Shown: positions 29,355 through 39,477, numbered from the stretch's first letter. The stretch is DNA of 64,000 nt from a bacterium (GCA_963674965.2 CAXXFL010000001.1:1472001-1536000), one strand, 5' to 3'. A program made the numbers and translations. The notes: a model not told the origin generated them from the letters alone.

Positions 29355-30900
29355 GGAATTGTTTGTAGTCGATCCCGTGCTTGGAAACGCGAAGGCCCAT
29401 GATCCGCTCGGTGATCCCGAGCTGTCGGGCGGCCTTGGCCATGTTTCCCCTCGCGCTTTTGAGGGCGTCCATGATAATGCTCTTTTCCACGCCGTCGATG
29501 GTCTCGGCCAGGGTTCCTTTTACCACCGTGTCCGAGGCCTCGGCCGTCTGCAGGGAAGGGGGAAGGTGGTGGCCGTGCATGACCTCGCCGTTGGTCAGGA
29601 GCACGGCTCGCTCGACGCAGTTCTCCAACTCGCGCACGTTCCCGGGCCAGTGGTAGGACATGAGCATGTCGATGGCCTCGCTCGAGATGCGCTTGATTTT
29701 CTTGTGCTCGTCCTTGGCGTATTTCTCGACGAAGTGGTCGGCAAGGAGCATGATGTCGGTTTTCCTTTCCCGGAGGGGCGGCATGAAGATGGGAAAAACG
29801 TTAAGCCGGTAATAAAGGTCCTGGCGGAAGGACCCCGCGGATATCAGTTCCTCGAGTTCCCTGTTGGTGGCGGCCACCACTCGGACGTTGGACCGGATGG
29901 TCTCGGACCCTCCGACCCTCTCGAACTCTTTTTCCTGGAGCACCCTAAGCAGCTTGACCTGAATGCTGGGGGACAGGTCGCCGATCTCGTCGAGAAAGAT
30001 GGTACCGCCCGAGGCCAGCTCGAACCTGCCCTTCCGCTGGGCGATGGCCCCGGTAAAGGCGCCCTTTTCATGGCCGAAAAGCTCGCTCTCGATCACGGTC
30101 TCGGGCAGGGCCGCCAGGTTGACCTTGACGAAGGGCTTCTTGGCCCGGGGGCTGTTGAAATGGATGGCGTGGGCCACCAGTTCCTTGCCCGTGCCGCTCT
30201 CGCCCCGAATCAGGACCGTGGCGTCGCTCCTGGATACCTGGGCGATGAGGTCGTAGACCGTCCTCATAGCCTTGCTGTTGCCGATGATGTTGGAAGGACG
30301 GAACCTGTCCTGCAGGACCTCCTGCAGCCTCTCGTTCTCCTCGAGAAGTTTCTGGCGCTCCTCCTCCGCCGCCTGGCGGAGACGGACGGCCTGGGCGATC
30401 ATGGAGGCGATAATCGAAAGAAGCCTTACGTCCTCCTCCAGGGACACCTTGTCGCTGAAAAGGCTGTCAACCGAGAGCGCCCCTATTGTCTCCTTGCCGA
30501 TCTTGATGGGAACGCAGATAAAGGAAAGGTCCTTTTTGCTCAGCTTGCCCCGAGCCCCCGTGCGGTTCAAGAAGGTGGGCTCCTCCGAGATGCTGGGCAC
30601 GACCATGGGCCGTCCCGTCTGCACCACCCTGCCCGTAACTCCCTCCCCGAGCTGGTAGCGGCCGCGCTGCTTCTGCGTGATCGAGAGACCGTAAGCCGCC
30701 TCGATGAAAATCTCGCCCGTCTTCCGGTTTAAAAGGCTCAAGGTGCCGCGGCGCATGTCCATGTGATCGGCCATGCCTTTAAGGACCATGCCCAACACGT
30801 CGCGAAGGTCGTAGCTTTCCCCCAGAATCCCGCTGATCTCGTACAGAAGTCCCAGCTCCTTTACCTCTCTTCTGACTTGATGTTTTTTTGCTTTGGCCAT
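29347..30900 (-). CDS. NifA-like sigma54 enhancer-binding protein (GAF-AAA+-Fis HTH)
   Basis: N-terminal GAF ([15 protein letters not shown]), [52 protein letters not shown]. Start at MAKAKK after AAAGGA. Confidence 0.93.
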   Translation of the reverse strand: MAKAKKHQVRREVKELGLLYEISGILGESYDLRDVLGMVLKGMADHMDMRRGTLSLLNRKTGEIFIEAAYGLSITQKQRGRYQLGEGVTGRVVQTGRPMVVPSISEEPTFLNRTGARGKLSKKDLSFICVPIKIGKETIGALSVDSLFSDKVSLEEDVRLLSIIASMIAQAVRLRQAAEEERQKLLEENERLQEVLQDRFRPSNIIGNSKAMRTVYDLIAQVSRSDATVLIRGESGTGKELVAHAIHFNSPRAKKPFVKVNLAALPETVIESELFGHEKGAFTGAIAQRKGRFELASGGTIFLDEIGDLSPSIQVKLLRVLQEKEFERVGGSETIRSNVRVVAATNRELEELISAGSFRQDLYYRLNVFPIFMPPLRERKTDIMLLADHFVEKYAKDEHKKIKRISSEAIDMLMSYHWPGNVRELENCVERAVLLTNGEVMHGHHLPPSLQTAEASDTVVKGTLAETIDGVEKSIIMDALKSARGNMAKAARQLGITERIMGLRVSKHGIDYKQFRT

Positions 30901-30923
30901 GGCGGGTCCTTTCTTTAAATTTC

Positions 30924-30937
30924 CTACATAATTGTAA
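30924..30937. promoter_or_regulatory. Single copy of the same palindrome just upstream of the regulator (possible autoregulation)
   Basis: CTACATAATTGTAA, 24 bp upstream of the ATG. Confidence 0.55.
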
Positions 30938-31027
30938 CATATTTTTTCAAGGCATGAAATCCCCCGGGAATTTAAACGCCTCGGCCCGGCCGCTAAGAAC
31001 GGGGCTATTGGCGGCCACATGAAGAAA

Positions 31028-32542
31028 TCAAATGGTTTGGCCGATATGGTCGGCCACGTGGGCGGCCAGGGCCATGATGGTGACCTGGGGATTGACGCCC
31101 GGCGAGTTGGGGAAGATCGAGGCGTCGGCGATGAATAGTCTCTCAATATCGTGGGACCGGCCATAAGAATCGACCACGCCTCTTTTCGGGTCCCCGCTCA
31201 TGCGGCAAGTACCGTTAGGATGGTTGCCAATGGGACTGAAGTCCTCGGCCTTTAAGTTCGCCTCCATGATAAGGCGGGCCTTGTCTCGCCGGTAAAGCTC
31301 GGACGGGACCTTGTGTATGCCGGGGCATATGTATTCGCAACCGGCCGCGAATAAAAGGTCGGCCGTGGCCTTCATGGAAATCTGCATGAGCCGGGCGTCC
31401 CGGTTGGTCATGTTATATATTATGGCGGGGCTCCAGCCGTTCTTCCGGGCCTTGACCGTTCCTTGAGTCTTGGCCCGGATCATGGCGCCCCATAAAACCA
31501 TGTTCTTGAGGCGGGCCATGCCGTCTTTGTGCCTTATCCCGAACCCGGGAAGACGAATACCGATAACGTCCGGCGGCGCCCAGGCGACCTCGATTATAAA
31601 GCCATCCTTCCTGAAGGCGTCGCAGCAGTAACCCTGGTTCACGCCGTCCCAGGCGTAAACGTCCTCCTTGAAAAACCCCACCATGCCCGTGGCCGTGTGG
31701 TTACAAAGGTTTCTTCCCACCAACCCCGAGGAGTTGGCCAGGTTGTTCTTCTGCAAAAGAACGGGGGTACCCATGGCCCCGCAGGCGATGACCGTGGCCC
31801 TGGCCCGGACCTCGACCGAGCTTCGCGACGGCTCGAGACTCTCCGGGTCGATCATGGTCCCGGTCACGCCCAGGGCCCGGCCGTTCCGAACCAGTATCTT
31901 TTCGATCCGGCAGTCGGTGACGAGCTCTCCCCCCAGCTCGAGGAACCGGGGAATAAAGCAGCGGTCCACGCTCATCTTGGCCCCGTCCACGCAGCCCGAC
32001 ATGCACACGCCGCAACCGCGGCAACCCCTCGAGTTGCGGTATATCTTCTCCCCTTTCCAGCCGATGTTCTCGCAGCCTCTTTGCATGAGCAGGTTGTTCA
32101 TGCCCAGATAATCGTCGTCCTCCTGGCTTATATTGGCGATTTCCTCCACTTCCTCGAAAAGGGGCGCGAGTCCCTCCGGTGTGAGACCCTCAAGCTTCTC
32201 CGTCTCGACCCACTCGTCCAGCACGTCGTCGGGCAGCCGGAAGCAGATGGCGGAATTGACCACCGTGGTCCCTCCCACCACCCGGGCCTGCAGGGTGGGA
32301 ATGACCATCTTGCCGCCCATGGCCCTCATGCCGCCGTCCCGGTATAGCTGGCGCATGGCCGCCCAGGAGTCGGTGGTGAACCGGTCGGGAGTGATCGGGC
32401 TTCCCTCCTCGATGATGACGACCGACTTGCCGGCCCGGGCCAGCCGATGGGCGCAGGAAGCCCCGCCCGCTCCCGTGCCCACCACCACGACGTCGCAATC
32501 GAGGCTCAGCTTTCCTTTTATATCCTTGAAGGTCCTGGTCAT
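31028..32542 (-). CDS. GMC-family FAD oxidoreductase
   Basis: [59 protein letters not shown]. Confidence 0.9.
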   Translation of the reverse strand: MTRTFKDIKGKLSLDCDVVVVGTGAGGASCAHRLARAGKSVVIIEEGSPITPDRFTTDSWAAMRQLYRDGGMRAMGGKMVIPTLQARVVGGTTVVNSAICFRLPDDVLDEWVETEKLEGLTPEGLAPLFEEVEEIANISQEDDDYLGMNNLLMQRGCENIGWKGEKIYRNSRGCRGCGVCMSGCVDGAKMSVDRCFIPRFLELGGELVTDCRIEKILVRNGRALGVTGTMIDPESLEPSRSSVEVRARATVIACGAMGTPVLLQKNNLANSSGLVGRNLCNHTATGMVGFFKEDVYAWDGVNQGYCCDAFRKDGFIIEVAWAPPDVIGIRLPGFGIRHKDGMARLKNMVLWGAMIRAKTQGTVKARKNGWSPAIIYNMTNRDARLMQISMKATADLLFAAGCEYICPGIHKVPSELYRRDKARLIMEANLKAEDFSPIGNHPNGTCRMSGDPKRGVVDSYGRSHDIERLFIADASIFPNSPGVNPQVTIMALAAHVADHIGQTI

Positions 32543-32991
32543 GAACCGGCCTCCTCGCATTTGAGATGGAAGTCCATTTTTTCGAGCACGAGCGGGTCGT
32601 TATAAAAGCCCAGGCCGATGATGGTCTTTAAAAGGACCACCACCATGCGCCGGTAGTAAAGGCGGGAGTCGGACCAGTCGTGAAGATATAACTCCTGCTC
32701 TTGGGGGGATAGGCGGGTGAAGCGCGAAAATCTTTGAATAAAAAGAAAAGGAGCCAGGTCGAAGGCCAGAAGGAGGGCCTTGATGCCAAGACGGGAACCG
32801 GAATCCAGGTCTCGAAGATACCTGGCAACGGCCTTGTAGGCGTCGGTCTCCTCGACGCTTACGTCGATAAGGCCCCCCGCGGGAATAAGACGCCCCGCCA
32901 GTTGCTCGATGATTTTGCCCACGCGCGGCCCCACGGCGGGATGGCCGCCGGGCAGGGTCACGTCGGCCGCGTACTCCCAGGCCCTTGACAT
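32539..32991 (-). CDS. Small partner of the GMC oxidoreductase (gluconate 2-dehydrogenase subunit 3-like)
   Basis: LIP.G..., RF..LSP..Q..YL..W, LK......FY; ATGA overlap with the GMC gene. Confidence 0.65.
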   Translation of the reverse strand: MSRAWEYAADVTLPGGHPAVGPRVGKIIEQLAGRLIPAGGLIDVSVEETDAYKAVARYLRDLDSGSRLGIKALLLAFDLAPFLFIQRFSRFTRLSPQEQELYLHDWSDSRLYYRRMVVVLLKTIIGLGFYNDPLVLEKMDFHLKCEEAGS

Positions 32992-33100
32992 ATTTTGCCC
33001 CTTTTCGACTTTCGATTTTCAAGGCCAAGTCTAGCAGATTTGATCGCGAGGGGAAATAGGAAAGAGCGGCCCGGCCGTCCAGGCGCTCGAGAGTACAATG

Positions 33101-34024
33101 TCACCTCCATTTGTCCAGGTCCTCCAGCGAAAGAGGCTCCGGACAAATGACGTCGATGGGAGATTTTCCGGAGGGGCCGGCAAAAGCCAGCCGGTAGGCC
33201 TGGAGAGCGAAGGACCTCGAGCCGGGCGTCGGGTCCTCGCCGTACCTGTCGTCTCCCAGCACCGGGTGTCCCAAGAGGGCCATGTGGGCGCGAAGTTGAT
33301 GAGTGACGCCCGTGACCAGATCGAGTTCGACCAGCGAGGTCCCCTTATCATGGCCCAGCACCTTGTACCTGGTCAACGTCGGCCGTGGCTCGCCTCTGTA
33401 TTTAACGCCGGGCGTGACCGCCACCATGAGCCCTTTTCGTGAAGAGTGATGAGCCAGGGGGGTCTTGATCTCGCCGCTCGCCGACTTGAAACGGCCACCC
33501 ACCAGAGCCCGGTAAATTTTAGTAACCCGCCGCATGCTCACGTCGTGACGCAAAAAATCGAAGGATTTCCGGTTCTTGGCGAAAAGGACCAGGCCGAAGG
33601 TACCGGCGTCCAGGCGATGAATAAGGCCCGGCTCGAGTTCCTTGTCTCCCACGCCGCGAAGCTTCGGATACTCGGCCACAACCCCGTTCACCAGGGACCC
33701 GGTTTCCTCGGGCGAAAGAGGCTGGGTGGGTATGCCGCTTGGCTTGTTGACGATTAGAACGTCGTCGTCTTCATATACGATCTCGACGGCAATGGAATCG
33801 TCGGCCAGGGGTATGGGTCCCGTTTCGGCCAGGACGACCTCGACCACGTCGCCGACCGACAACTGGCGGCCTTTTTTCGACCTGACGCCATTGACGAGCA
33901 CCCGGCCGCCGGCGATAATATCGCGCACGCTGGACATGGAATAAGAAGGCAGGTTGCGATGGAGCCACCTGTCCAGTCGGTCGGGACCGTTTTCCACGAT
34001 GTCTTCCCAGTGGTTTTTTTCCAT
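33101..34024 (-). CDS. RluA/RluD-family pseudouridine synthase
   Basis: S4-like RLD..L, VNKPSG, IHRLD..T.GL, K.YRALV, TG.THQLRAH...GHPVLGD..YG. Confidence 0.92.
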   Translation of the reverse strand: MEKNHWEDIVENGPDRLDRWLHRNLPSYSMSSVRDIIAGGRVLVNGVRSKKGRQLSVGDVVEVVLAETGPIPLADDSIAVEIVYEDDDVLIVNKPSGIPTQPLSPEETGSLVNGVVAEYPKLRGVGDKELEPGLIHRLDAGTFGLVLFAKNRKSFDFLRHDVSMRRVTKIYRALVGGRFKSASGEIKTPLAHHSSRKGLMVAVTPGVKYRGEPRPTLTRYKVLGHDKGTSLVELDLVTGVTHQLRAHMALLGHPVLGDDRYGEDPTPGSRSFALQAYRLAFAGPSGKSPIDVICPEPLSLEDLDKWR

Positions 34025-34096
34025 GCTATAAAAATCCGTTTTTGACCTCTCGATTAACGAGAGTAACTTTGGGCCTGATCCGCCGGACTCCCGCCG

Positions 34097-34969
34097 TTAT
34101 TTTGGAGAGGTCTGGTTTTCCATCAGGGCGGGGTCGAAATGGACCTTGGGCGGCGCGGGGTTGGCGTCGTAGAGCTTGATGTTGGGAAGCGGCCCGGCCT
34201 TGTCCTTGTTTTTTTCCCACCAGTCCTTCCACCTGGCAAGGTCCGTACCGTAATCGAGTCCGGTGATTTTTTTAAGGGCGCTCGCCGCTTCCTCCCGGCA
34301 TTTGTTGGCCTCGTCCTCCAAGGCGAGGGCCTTGGCTTCGTCGCCTATCGACCGAAGGGAAGGGGCCATCTGGGCCTTCATAAAGGCGTCGTCCATGTAT
34401 TTGATTAATGCCGGCACGGCGCGGGGGTCCTTGATCTCGCCCAGGGCATAGGCGTAGAGCGAGCGGAACTCGAGGGAGTCGTTAACGAGAGCGCGACTAA
34501 GCTCGTCCACCGACTTGGGTCCCATGCCGATCAACTCCTGGACCGCGGCGTTGCGGTTCGAGTCGACCTTGGCCTGCATGGCCGCCAGTCCCTGGGTCGG
34601 GTCGGGCGTAACGGTGAAATTCTCGTTCCTGGTCCCATCGGGATTGAACGGCTGGTGATCGGGCGGGGCCTGTACCTCACCGTTGTTGATGATGACCACG
34701 CCCGAGGGATGGCTTTCGATTACGCCTATTAGCTCCCTGACTCTGGCGTCGGCCGCGGGATCGGGCTTGTGGTTTTTAGTGCGCTCGAAGTCGGCCGTGG
34801 ATTTGGGATTGGTTTTGGACGCCGGCTCCTTTTGAGGTTTGTTTTTGTTTTCGGCGTTGTCTTTATTTTTCTTCTTTGGTTTCCAGGCCGCGCTCGCCTG
34901 GGGGCAGGCGGCAAGCAAAAGCGTTATTATCGCCAGCATGGCGGCGAGTCGCGACGGGATCGTATTCAT
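34097..34969 (-). CDS. Exported HEAT-repeat protein
   Basis: Signal peptide, Lys/Asn-rich linker, HEAT-like AYALGEIKDPRAVPALI, and AASALKKITG..YG.D...W..WW. Confidence 0.7.
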   Translation of the reverse strand: MNTIPSRLAAMLAIITLLLAACPQASAAWKPKKKNKDNAENKNKPQKEPASKTNPKSTADFERTKNHKPDPAADARVRELIGVIESHPSGVVIINNGEVQAPPDHQPFNPDGTRNENFTVTPDPTQGLAAMQAKVDSNRNAAVQELIGMGPKSVDELSRALVNDSLEFRSLYAYALGEIKDPRAVPALIKYMDDAFMKAQMAPSLRSIGDEAKALALEDEANKCREEAASALKKITGLDYGTDLARWKDWWEKNKDKAGPLPNIKLYDANPAPPKVHFDPALMENQTSPK

Positions 34970-35009
34970 GGTTCCTCCGGCGTTTGTGGGAGGAGGGAAA
35001 TGAGGGGAA

Positions 35010-35204
35010 TTATTTTTTCTGAACGTCCAGGGTCCCGGTCTGGGGGTCCATGACGATCTTATAGGAGACGTCTTTATCCTTGAAAGACGTGGTATGATCG
35101 AAGTTCGTTCTAACCTCGGTAACCAAGTACTTAAGGTAATCTTTTCGCTCCTCACGCATCCTTTTGAGCGCCTCGATTCCGTCTGGGTCCCCTGTAAATT
35201 TCAT
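35010..35204 (-). CDS. Small hypothetical protein (64 aa)
   Basis: Compact ORF with a purine-rich RBS, co-oriented immediately upstream of the HEAT gene. Confidence 0.6.
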   Translation of the reverse strand: MKFTGDPDGIEALKRMREERKDYLKYLVTEVRTNFDHTTSFKDKDVSYKIVMDPQTGTLDVQKK

Positions 35205-35341
35205 TTCCCCGTTCTCCAAGCGGTGCAGTCAATGGCCAATTCAATATCGACCCTATTATGGCACAGTGAGATTTCAGGCGCAAGTGGCCATATAAATGAT
35301 CCTCGACTCAAACAAAAAATCCTTGAAGTATCTTTTTAAGA

Positions 35342-35370
35342 TTGACAGGCGAAGTATCTAAGGTTACAAT
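35342..35370 (+). promoter_or_regulatory. sigma70 promoter upstream of the SPOR gene
   Basis: TTGACA-17 bp-TACAAT. Confidence 0.7.
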
Positions 35371-35534
35371 GTAAACGTCGGTCCAAAAAGCCGGCGTCGC
35401 TCTTTTTGACAAAAAGGTTTTCCGGGTACGAAAGTCGATCTTTCGTGCTCCATGATGAAGCTGAAAGCTAGTTATCGACGCTGAAGTGATTTATGTGAAC
35501 GTTGACGCAATCGAAGCAGAGGAGGAATAAGGTT

Positions 35535-36290
35535 ATGGAAAAACTTGGCGACGCGAAGAATCGTTATGAGTTCGCCCTCGACGGCCGCCAGGCCGGTCTC
35601 ATCGTATCGGGTCTTATCCTGGTGCTTATGCTTTCCTTTTTAATGGGTACCCTTTTCGGCCGCAATCTGGCCGCCACGCCCGATGATAATTCCATGAATC
35701 TTGCCTCGTCCCAACTGGTAGTCGAGGAAGGAACGGCAAAAGGCGCGGACATGGCCGTTACCGGTGAGGAGTCCGCCGCTCCCGAGGCCGGCGGTGAATC
35801 GAATCCTGAGAACTGGCCGGTTGGTTCCGAAGCCTCCCGTGACGATTTTATCAAGGAACTGGAGAGCATGAAGGTCCCCACCAAGGTTGAGGAGGGCGAG
35901 GACATGGAGGGAGACCCCATAGCCCCCATGCTGGCCAGCATGAAGGTGGAAGAGCCGGCCTCCGATGAAACCGAGAAGACCGAGCAGCCGGCCCCCAAAC
36001 CCGAGCCGGAGAAAGCGGTCAAGCCCGCCGCTCCCAAGGCGCCCGTGGTCGCGGGCTCCTATACCATCCAGTTGGCGTCCTTCCCGGAAAAAGGAGACGC
36101 CGACTCCCTGGTGGAAGACCTGCAGGGGAAAAAATACGACGCCTACCTGTTGCACGTGGCCATTCCCGGCAAGGGCTCTTTTTATCGAGTCAGGGTGGGC
36201 CATTACAAGGACCTTGACCAGGCCGAAAAAGCCAGAAGGATTCTCCAGGCAAGAGAAGGAAAATTTTTCGACGCCTGGATAACTCAATAA
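35535..36290 (+). CDS. SPOR-domain membrane protein (FtsN/DedD-like architecture)
   Basis: Single TM, acidic/Pro linker, C-terminal YTIQLASF...A..L...L, FYRVRVGHY; GGAGGA RBS. Confidence 0.88.
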   Translation: MEKLGDAKNRYEFALDGRQAGLIVSGLILVLMLSFLMGTLFGRNLAATPDDNSMNLASSQLVVEEGTAKGADMAVTGEESAAPEAGGESNPENWPVGSEASRDDFIKELESMKVPTKVEEGEDMEGDPIAPMLASMKVEEPASDETEKTEQPAPKPEPEKAVKPAAPKAPVVAGSYTIQLASFPEKGDADSLVEDLQGKKYDAYLLHVAIPGKGSFYRVRVGHYKDLDQAEKARRILQAREGKFFDAWITQ

Positions 36291-36348
36291 GCTTAGGGAT
36301 TTGAAGCTCCGGCGCTTGCCGGCGCCCGGCTATATCGTCCAGGTTTTG

Positions 36349-36384
36349 GCGGCGAAAACGGCACAAACCGTTTTCGCCGCTTTT
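36349..36384 (+). terminator. Rho-independent terminator
   Basis: Perfect 13-bp stem GCGGCGAAAACGG/CCGTTTTCGCCGC followed by TTTT. Confidence 0.7.
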
Positions 36385-36474
36385 GCTGCCTGGCCTTTTC
36401 TCCGATCGTGTTTTGCTTAAGGCCCCGCTTTGAGATATAAATTCAGGTAAGGTCTCTTTGCTTGGAGGCAATTG

Positions 36475-36930
36475 ATGATTGACGGAGTGATCGTAAAAAG
36501 GCTGAAGGTAATCCCCGACGAGCGCGGACGTTTGATGGAGATGCTCAGAAAGGACGACCCTTTTTTCAGCGAGTTTGGTCAGACCTACATGACCACGGCC
36601 TATCCGGGGGTGGTCAAGGCCTGGCATTATCACCGCTTCCAGACTGACCACTTTACCGTGGTCAAGGGCATGGCCAAGGTCGTGCTTTACGACGACCGGG
36701 AAGGATCGAGCACGCAAGGAGAAGTAAACGAGTTCTTTATGGGCGAGCACAACCCCATCCTGGTCAGGATTCCCAACGGGGTTTACCACGGGTTCAAAAA
36801 CATCTGCGGCGAGGAATGCATCATCGTTAACTGTCCGGACAAGACCTATAATTATGACGACCCGGACGAGGTCAGAAGGGACCCCAATGACGAGTCGATA
36901 CCCTACGACTGGTCGAGAAAAGACGGCTGA
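36475..36930 (+). CDS. rfbC: dTDP-4-dehydrorhamnose 3,5-epimerase family cupin
   Basis: DERG...E, PGVVKAWHYH..Q, IPNGVYHGF; first gene of the rml cluster. Confidence 0.85.
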   Translation: MIDGVIVKRLKVIPDERGRLMEMLRKDDPFFSEFGQTYMTTAYPGVVKAWHYHRFQTDHFTVVKGMAKVVLYDDREGSSTQGEVNEFFMGEHNPILVRIPNGVYHGFKNICGEECIIVNCPDKTYNYDDPDEVRRDPNDESIPYDWSRKDG

Positions 36931-36984
36931 ACCCGGTCGGCCGGCCGGCGCTTAAGCTTTAAGACGGGAAGAAGTGGTGACCTC

Positions 36985-38034
36985 TTGAAGATACTAGTCA
37001 CCGGGGGGGCCGGGTTCATCGGCTCCAATTTTATCAGGACCCTTCTGAAGGAAACCGACTCCCACTCGGTTATAAACCTCGACGCCCTTACCTACGCGGG
37101 CAACCTCGAGAACCTCTCGGACCTCGAGCGTGACGAGAGGTACAGGTTCGTGAAAGGCGACGTTCGGGACGGCCGTCTCTTGGAGAAGCTTTTCTCGAGC
37201 CGGGTGGACGCGGTGGTCAACTTCGCGGCCGAGTCCCACGTGGACCGCAGTATCGATAACCCGGCCCAGTTCCTCGATACCAACGTGGGCGGGACCATGA
37301 AGCTTCTCGAGGCCTCGCTCAAGGCGGACGTCAGGGTCTTTCTTCAGGTATCGACCGACGAGGTGTACGGGTCGCTGGGCCCGACCGGCCGCTTTACCGA
37401 GGATTCTCCCATGCGGCCCAACTCTCCCTACGCCGCCTCGAAGGCCTCGGCCGACCTTCTCGTCCGGGCGTGGCACAAGACCTATGGACTGCCGGCGGTC
37501 ATTACCAGGAGCTCGAATAATTACGGGCCTTACCAGTTCCCGGAAAAGTTCATTCCCCTGTTCGTCACCAACGCCATCGAGAGAAAAAAACTTCCCCTTT
37601 ACGGCGACGGTTTGAACGTAAGGGACTGGATACACGCGCGCGACAACTGCCGGGCCATTCTTCTGGCCCTCGAGGAGGGCTCGCCCGGCGAGGTCTACAA
37701 TATCGGAGGGAACGAGGAAAGGACGAACCTCGAGGTGGCGCGGTCCATACTGGATATCCTGGAAAAACCGCGCGACCTCATCAGGCTGGTGGAGGACAGG
37801 CCCGGGCACGACCGGAGGTACGCGCTCGATTCTTCCAAAATCGAGGAGCTTGGCTTCGAGAGGGAGTTCGGCTTTGAGGACGGACTGGCGGCCACCGTCA
37901 AGTGGTACGTGAAGAACAAGGAGTGGTGGAAAAGGATTAAAAGCGGCGAGTACGCCGAGTATTATAAAAAGATGTACGGCGCGAGACTGAAGGGTCCGGA
38001 CGCGGGCTCGCGGAAGAAGAACGGGCGGTCATGA
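36985..38034 (+). CDS. rfbB: dTDP-glucose 4,6-dehydratase
   Basis: [61 protein letters not shown]. Confidence 0.96.
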   Translation: MKILVTGGAGFIGSNFIRTLLKETDSHSVINLDALTYAGNLENLSDLERDERYRFVKGDVRDGRLLEKLFSSRVDAVVNFAAESHVDRSIDNPAQFLDTNVGGTMKLLEASLKADVRVFLQVSTDEVYGSLGPTGRFTEDSPMRPNSPYAASKASADLLVRAWHKTYGLPAVITRSSNNYGPYQFPEKFIPLFVTNAIERKKLPLYGDGLNVRDWIHARDNCRAILLALEEGSPGEVYNIGGNEERTNLEVARSILDILEKPRDLIRLVEDRPGHDRRYALDSSKIEELGFEREFGFEDGLAATVKWYVKNKEWWKRIKSGEYAEYYKKMYGARLKGPDAGSRKKNGRS

Positions 38035-38873
38035 AGGTCCTGGTGCTGGGCTCGGGCGGCCTGCTCGGCCGGGCCGTATCCCTGGAACTCGATCGCTTCC
38101 ACGCCGTCGAGAAACGAACCAGACGGGACTACGACCTTCTTGATTACGCGTCCCTTAGGGCCGACCTCGAGTCGACAAGACCCGAGGCGGTAATCAACTG
38201 CGCGGGCTACGCCAGGGTGGACGACGCGGAGGACGACGAGGACTCGGCCCGCGAGATAAACGTAAGGGCCGCGGCCGCCATGGCGGAAAAATGCTCGGAG
38301 CTTGGGATTCGGCTCGTCCATTTCAGCAGCGATTACGTGTTCGACGGGAGGAAGGGACCGCCCTACAAGGAGGACGACGCGCCCAACCCTCTCAACGTTT
38401 ATGGCCGGACCAAGCTCGAGTCCGAGCGGGAGGTCCTGGCGGCGCTGCCTTCCTCCTCCCTGATAATCAGGACCAGTTGGCTTTTCGGGAAAGGCGGAAA
38501 AAGCTTCGTCGGCACGCTGCTCGGACGTTATGAGGAGGGAGTAAGGAAATTCCGGATCGTGTCCGACCAGGTGGGACGGCCGACCTACGCGCCCGACTTG
38601 TCCCGCGCGGTGAGGCTTTGCCTTGAAAAGGGCCTGACGGGGATTTATCATGCCTGTAACGAGGGAGAGGTGAGTTGGCACGGTCTTGCCCTGGCCCTGT
38701 TCGAGGCCGCGGGCCTGGCGGACGAGGTCGAGGTCGAGGCCATCGTGGCGGGTCAATTCCCGGCCCGGGCAGTGAGGCCCGCCCGCTCCGTCCTTGACAC
38801 GGGGAAACTGTCCGGCGCCGGGATCGAGCTGCCGGATTTCAGGGACGCGCTCAGGCGCTGGTTCGGCGGCTGA
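38031..38873 (+). CDS. rfbD: dTDP-4-dehydrorhamnose reductase
   Basis: GSGGLLG, NCAGY..VD.AE, SSDYVFDG, YGRTK, DQVGRPT, RPARSVL; ATGA-coupled to rfbB. Confidence 0.95.
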   Translation: MKVLVLGSGGLLGRAVSLELDRFHAVEKRTRRDYDLLDYASLRADLESTRPEAVINCAGYARVDDAEDDEDSAREINVRAAAAMAEKCSELGIRLVHFSSDYVFDGRKGPPYKEDDAPNPLNVYGRTKLESEREVLAALPSSSLIIRTSWLFGKGGKSFVGTLLGRYEEGVRKFRIVSDQVGRPTYAPDLSRAVRLCLEKGLTGIYHACNEGEVSWHGLALALFEAAGLADEVEVEAIVAGQFPARAVRPARSVLDTGKLSGAGIELPDFRDALRRWFGG

Positions 38874-38907
38874 TTATCCCCGCCGGGACCGGAAAAGGAG
38901 AAATATC

Positions 38908-39477
38908 ATGGCCGACCGTCGAGTGTGCCTTTGGTGCGGCCGGGGACCGGAGAGTTCGGTAAAATTAATTCCCGGCCCGGTCATGAACATTTGCGAGGAA
39001 TGCGTCGGCCGTCTTTCAGGCGCGGTCAGGGAGGAAGAGGCCACCCTGGCGGCGAAGGTCAGGGAAGAGATCGACGCGGCGGTGCAGAAAAGCTTTCAGG
39101 GCATGGTCAAGCAACTGAACCTTGGTCCTCTCCAGGACAAGTACCAGCGCCTTATGCGCGTCAAGTTCAAGGAGGAGCCGGGCAGCCCCTCTTTCCTCGA
39201 GGTGTTCCAGGAGTTCAAGAAGGGAGTCGAGGCCGAGGTGGCGGGCGACGACTACGAGACGAGGTATGACCTTGCCATCGCCTATCACGAGATGGGCCTC
39301 GCGGAGGACGCCTTCCGTGAAATGCTAAGAAGCTTGAGAGGATCGCTGAGGCAAAAGGATTTCGACCGGTCCGCCGAGATCATAAGCGCCCTGCTGTATT
39401 TTCACGGCGACTCGAGCCGGGCCATCTCGGGAATTTACAGGGTTCTGGGAGAGGCCGGGATCGAGCCGGCCAAATAG
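38908..39477 (+). CDS. ClpX C4-type zinc finger fused to a TPR-like helical domain
   Basis: CLWCG...KLIPGP..NICEECV; C-terminal ETRYDLAIAYHEMGL.EDA; AAGGAG RBS. Confidence 0.75.
   Translation: MADRRVCLWCGRGPESSVKLIPGPVMNICEECVGRLSGAVREEEATLAAKVREEIDAAVQKSFQGMVKQLNLGPLQDKYQRLMRVKFKEEPGSPSFLEVFQEFKKGVEAEVAGDDYETRYDLAIAYHEMGLAEDAFREMLRSLRGSLRQKDFDRSAEIISALLYFHGDSSRAISGIYRVLGEAGIEPAK

Noticed and set aside
29347-30900. Calling the regulator nifA and inferring nitrogen fixation
   Set aside because: No nif structural genes are in the window, and the repeated operator is ACA-N4-TGT rather than TGT-N10-ACA.
30901-31164. N-terminal extensions given by the ORF track (also 11025, 21532, 26300, 35155, 38794, 42801)
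   Set aside because: They overlap neighbouring genes or regulatory DNA; downstream starts have better RBSs and match domain boundaries.
35259-35275. sigma54 promoter at TGGCACAG
   Set aside because: No TTGC/TTGA at the -12 position, and a good sigma70 promoter lies downstream.
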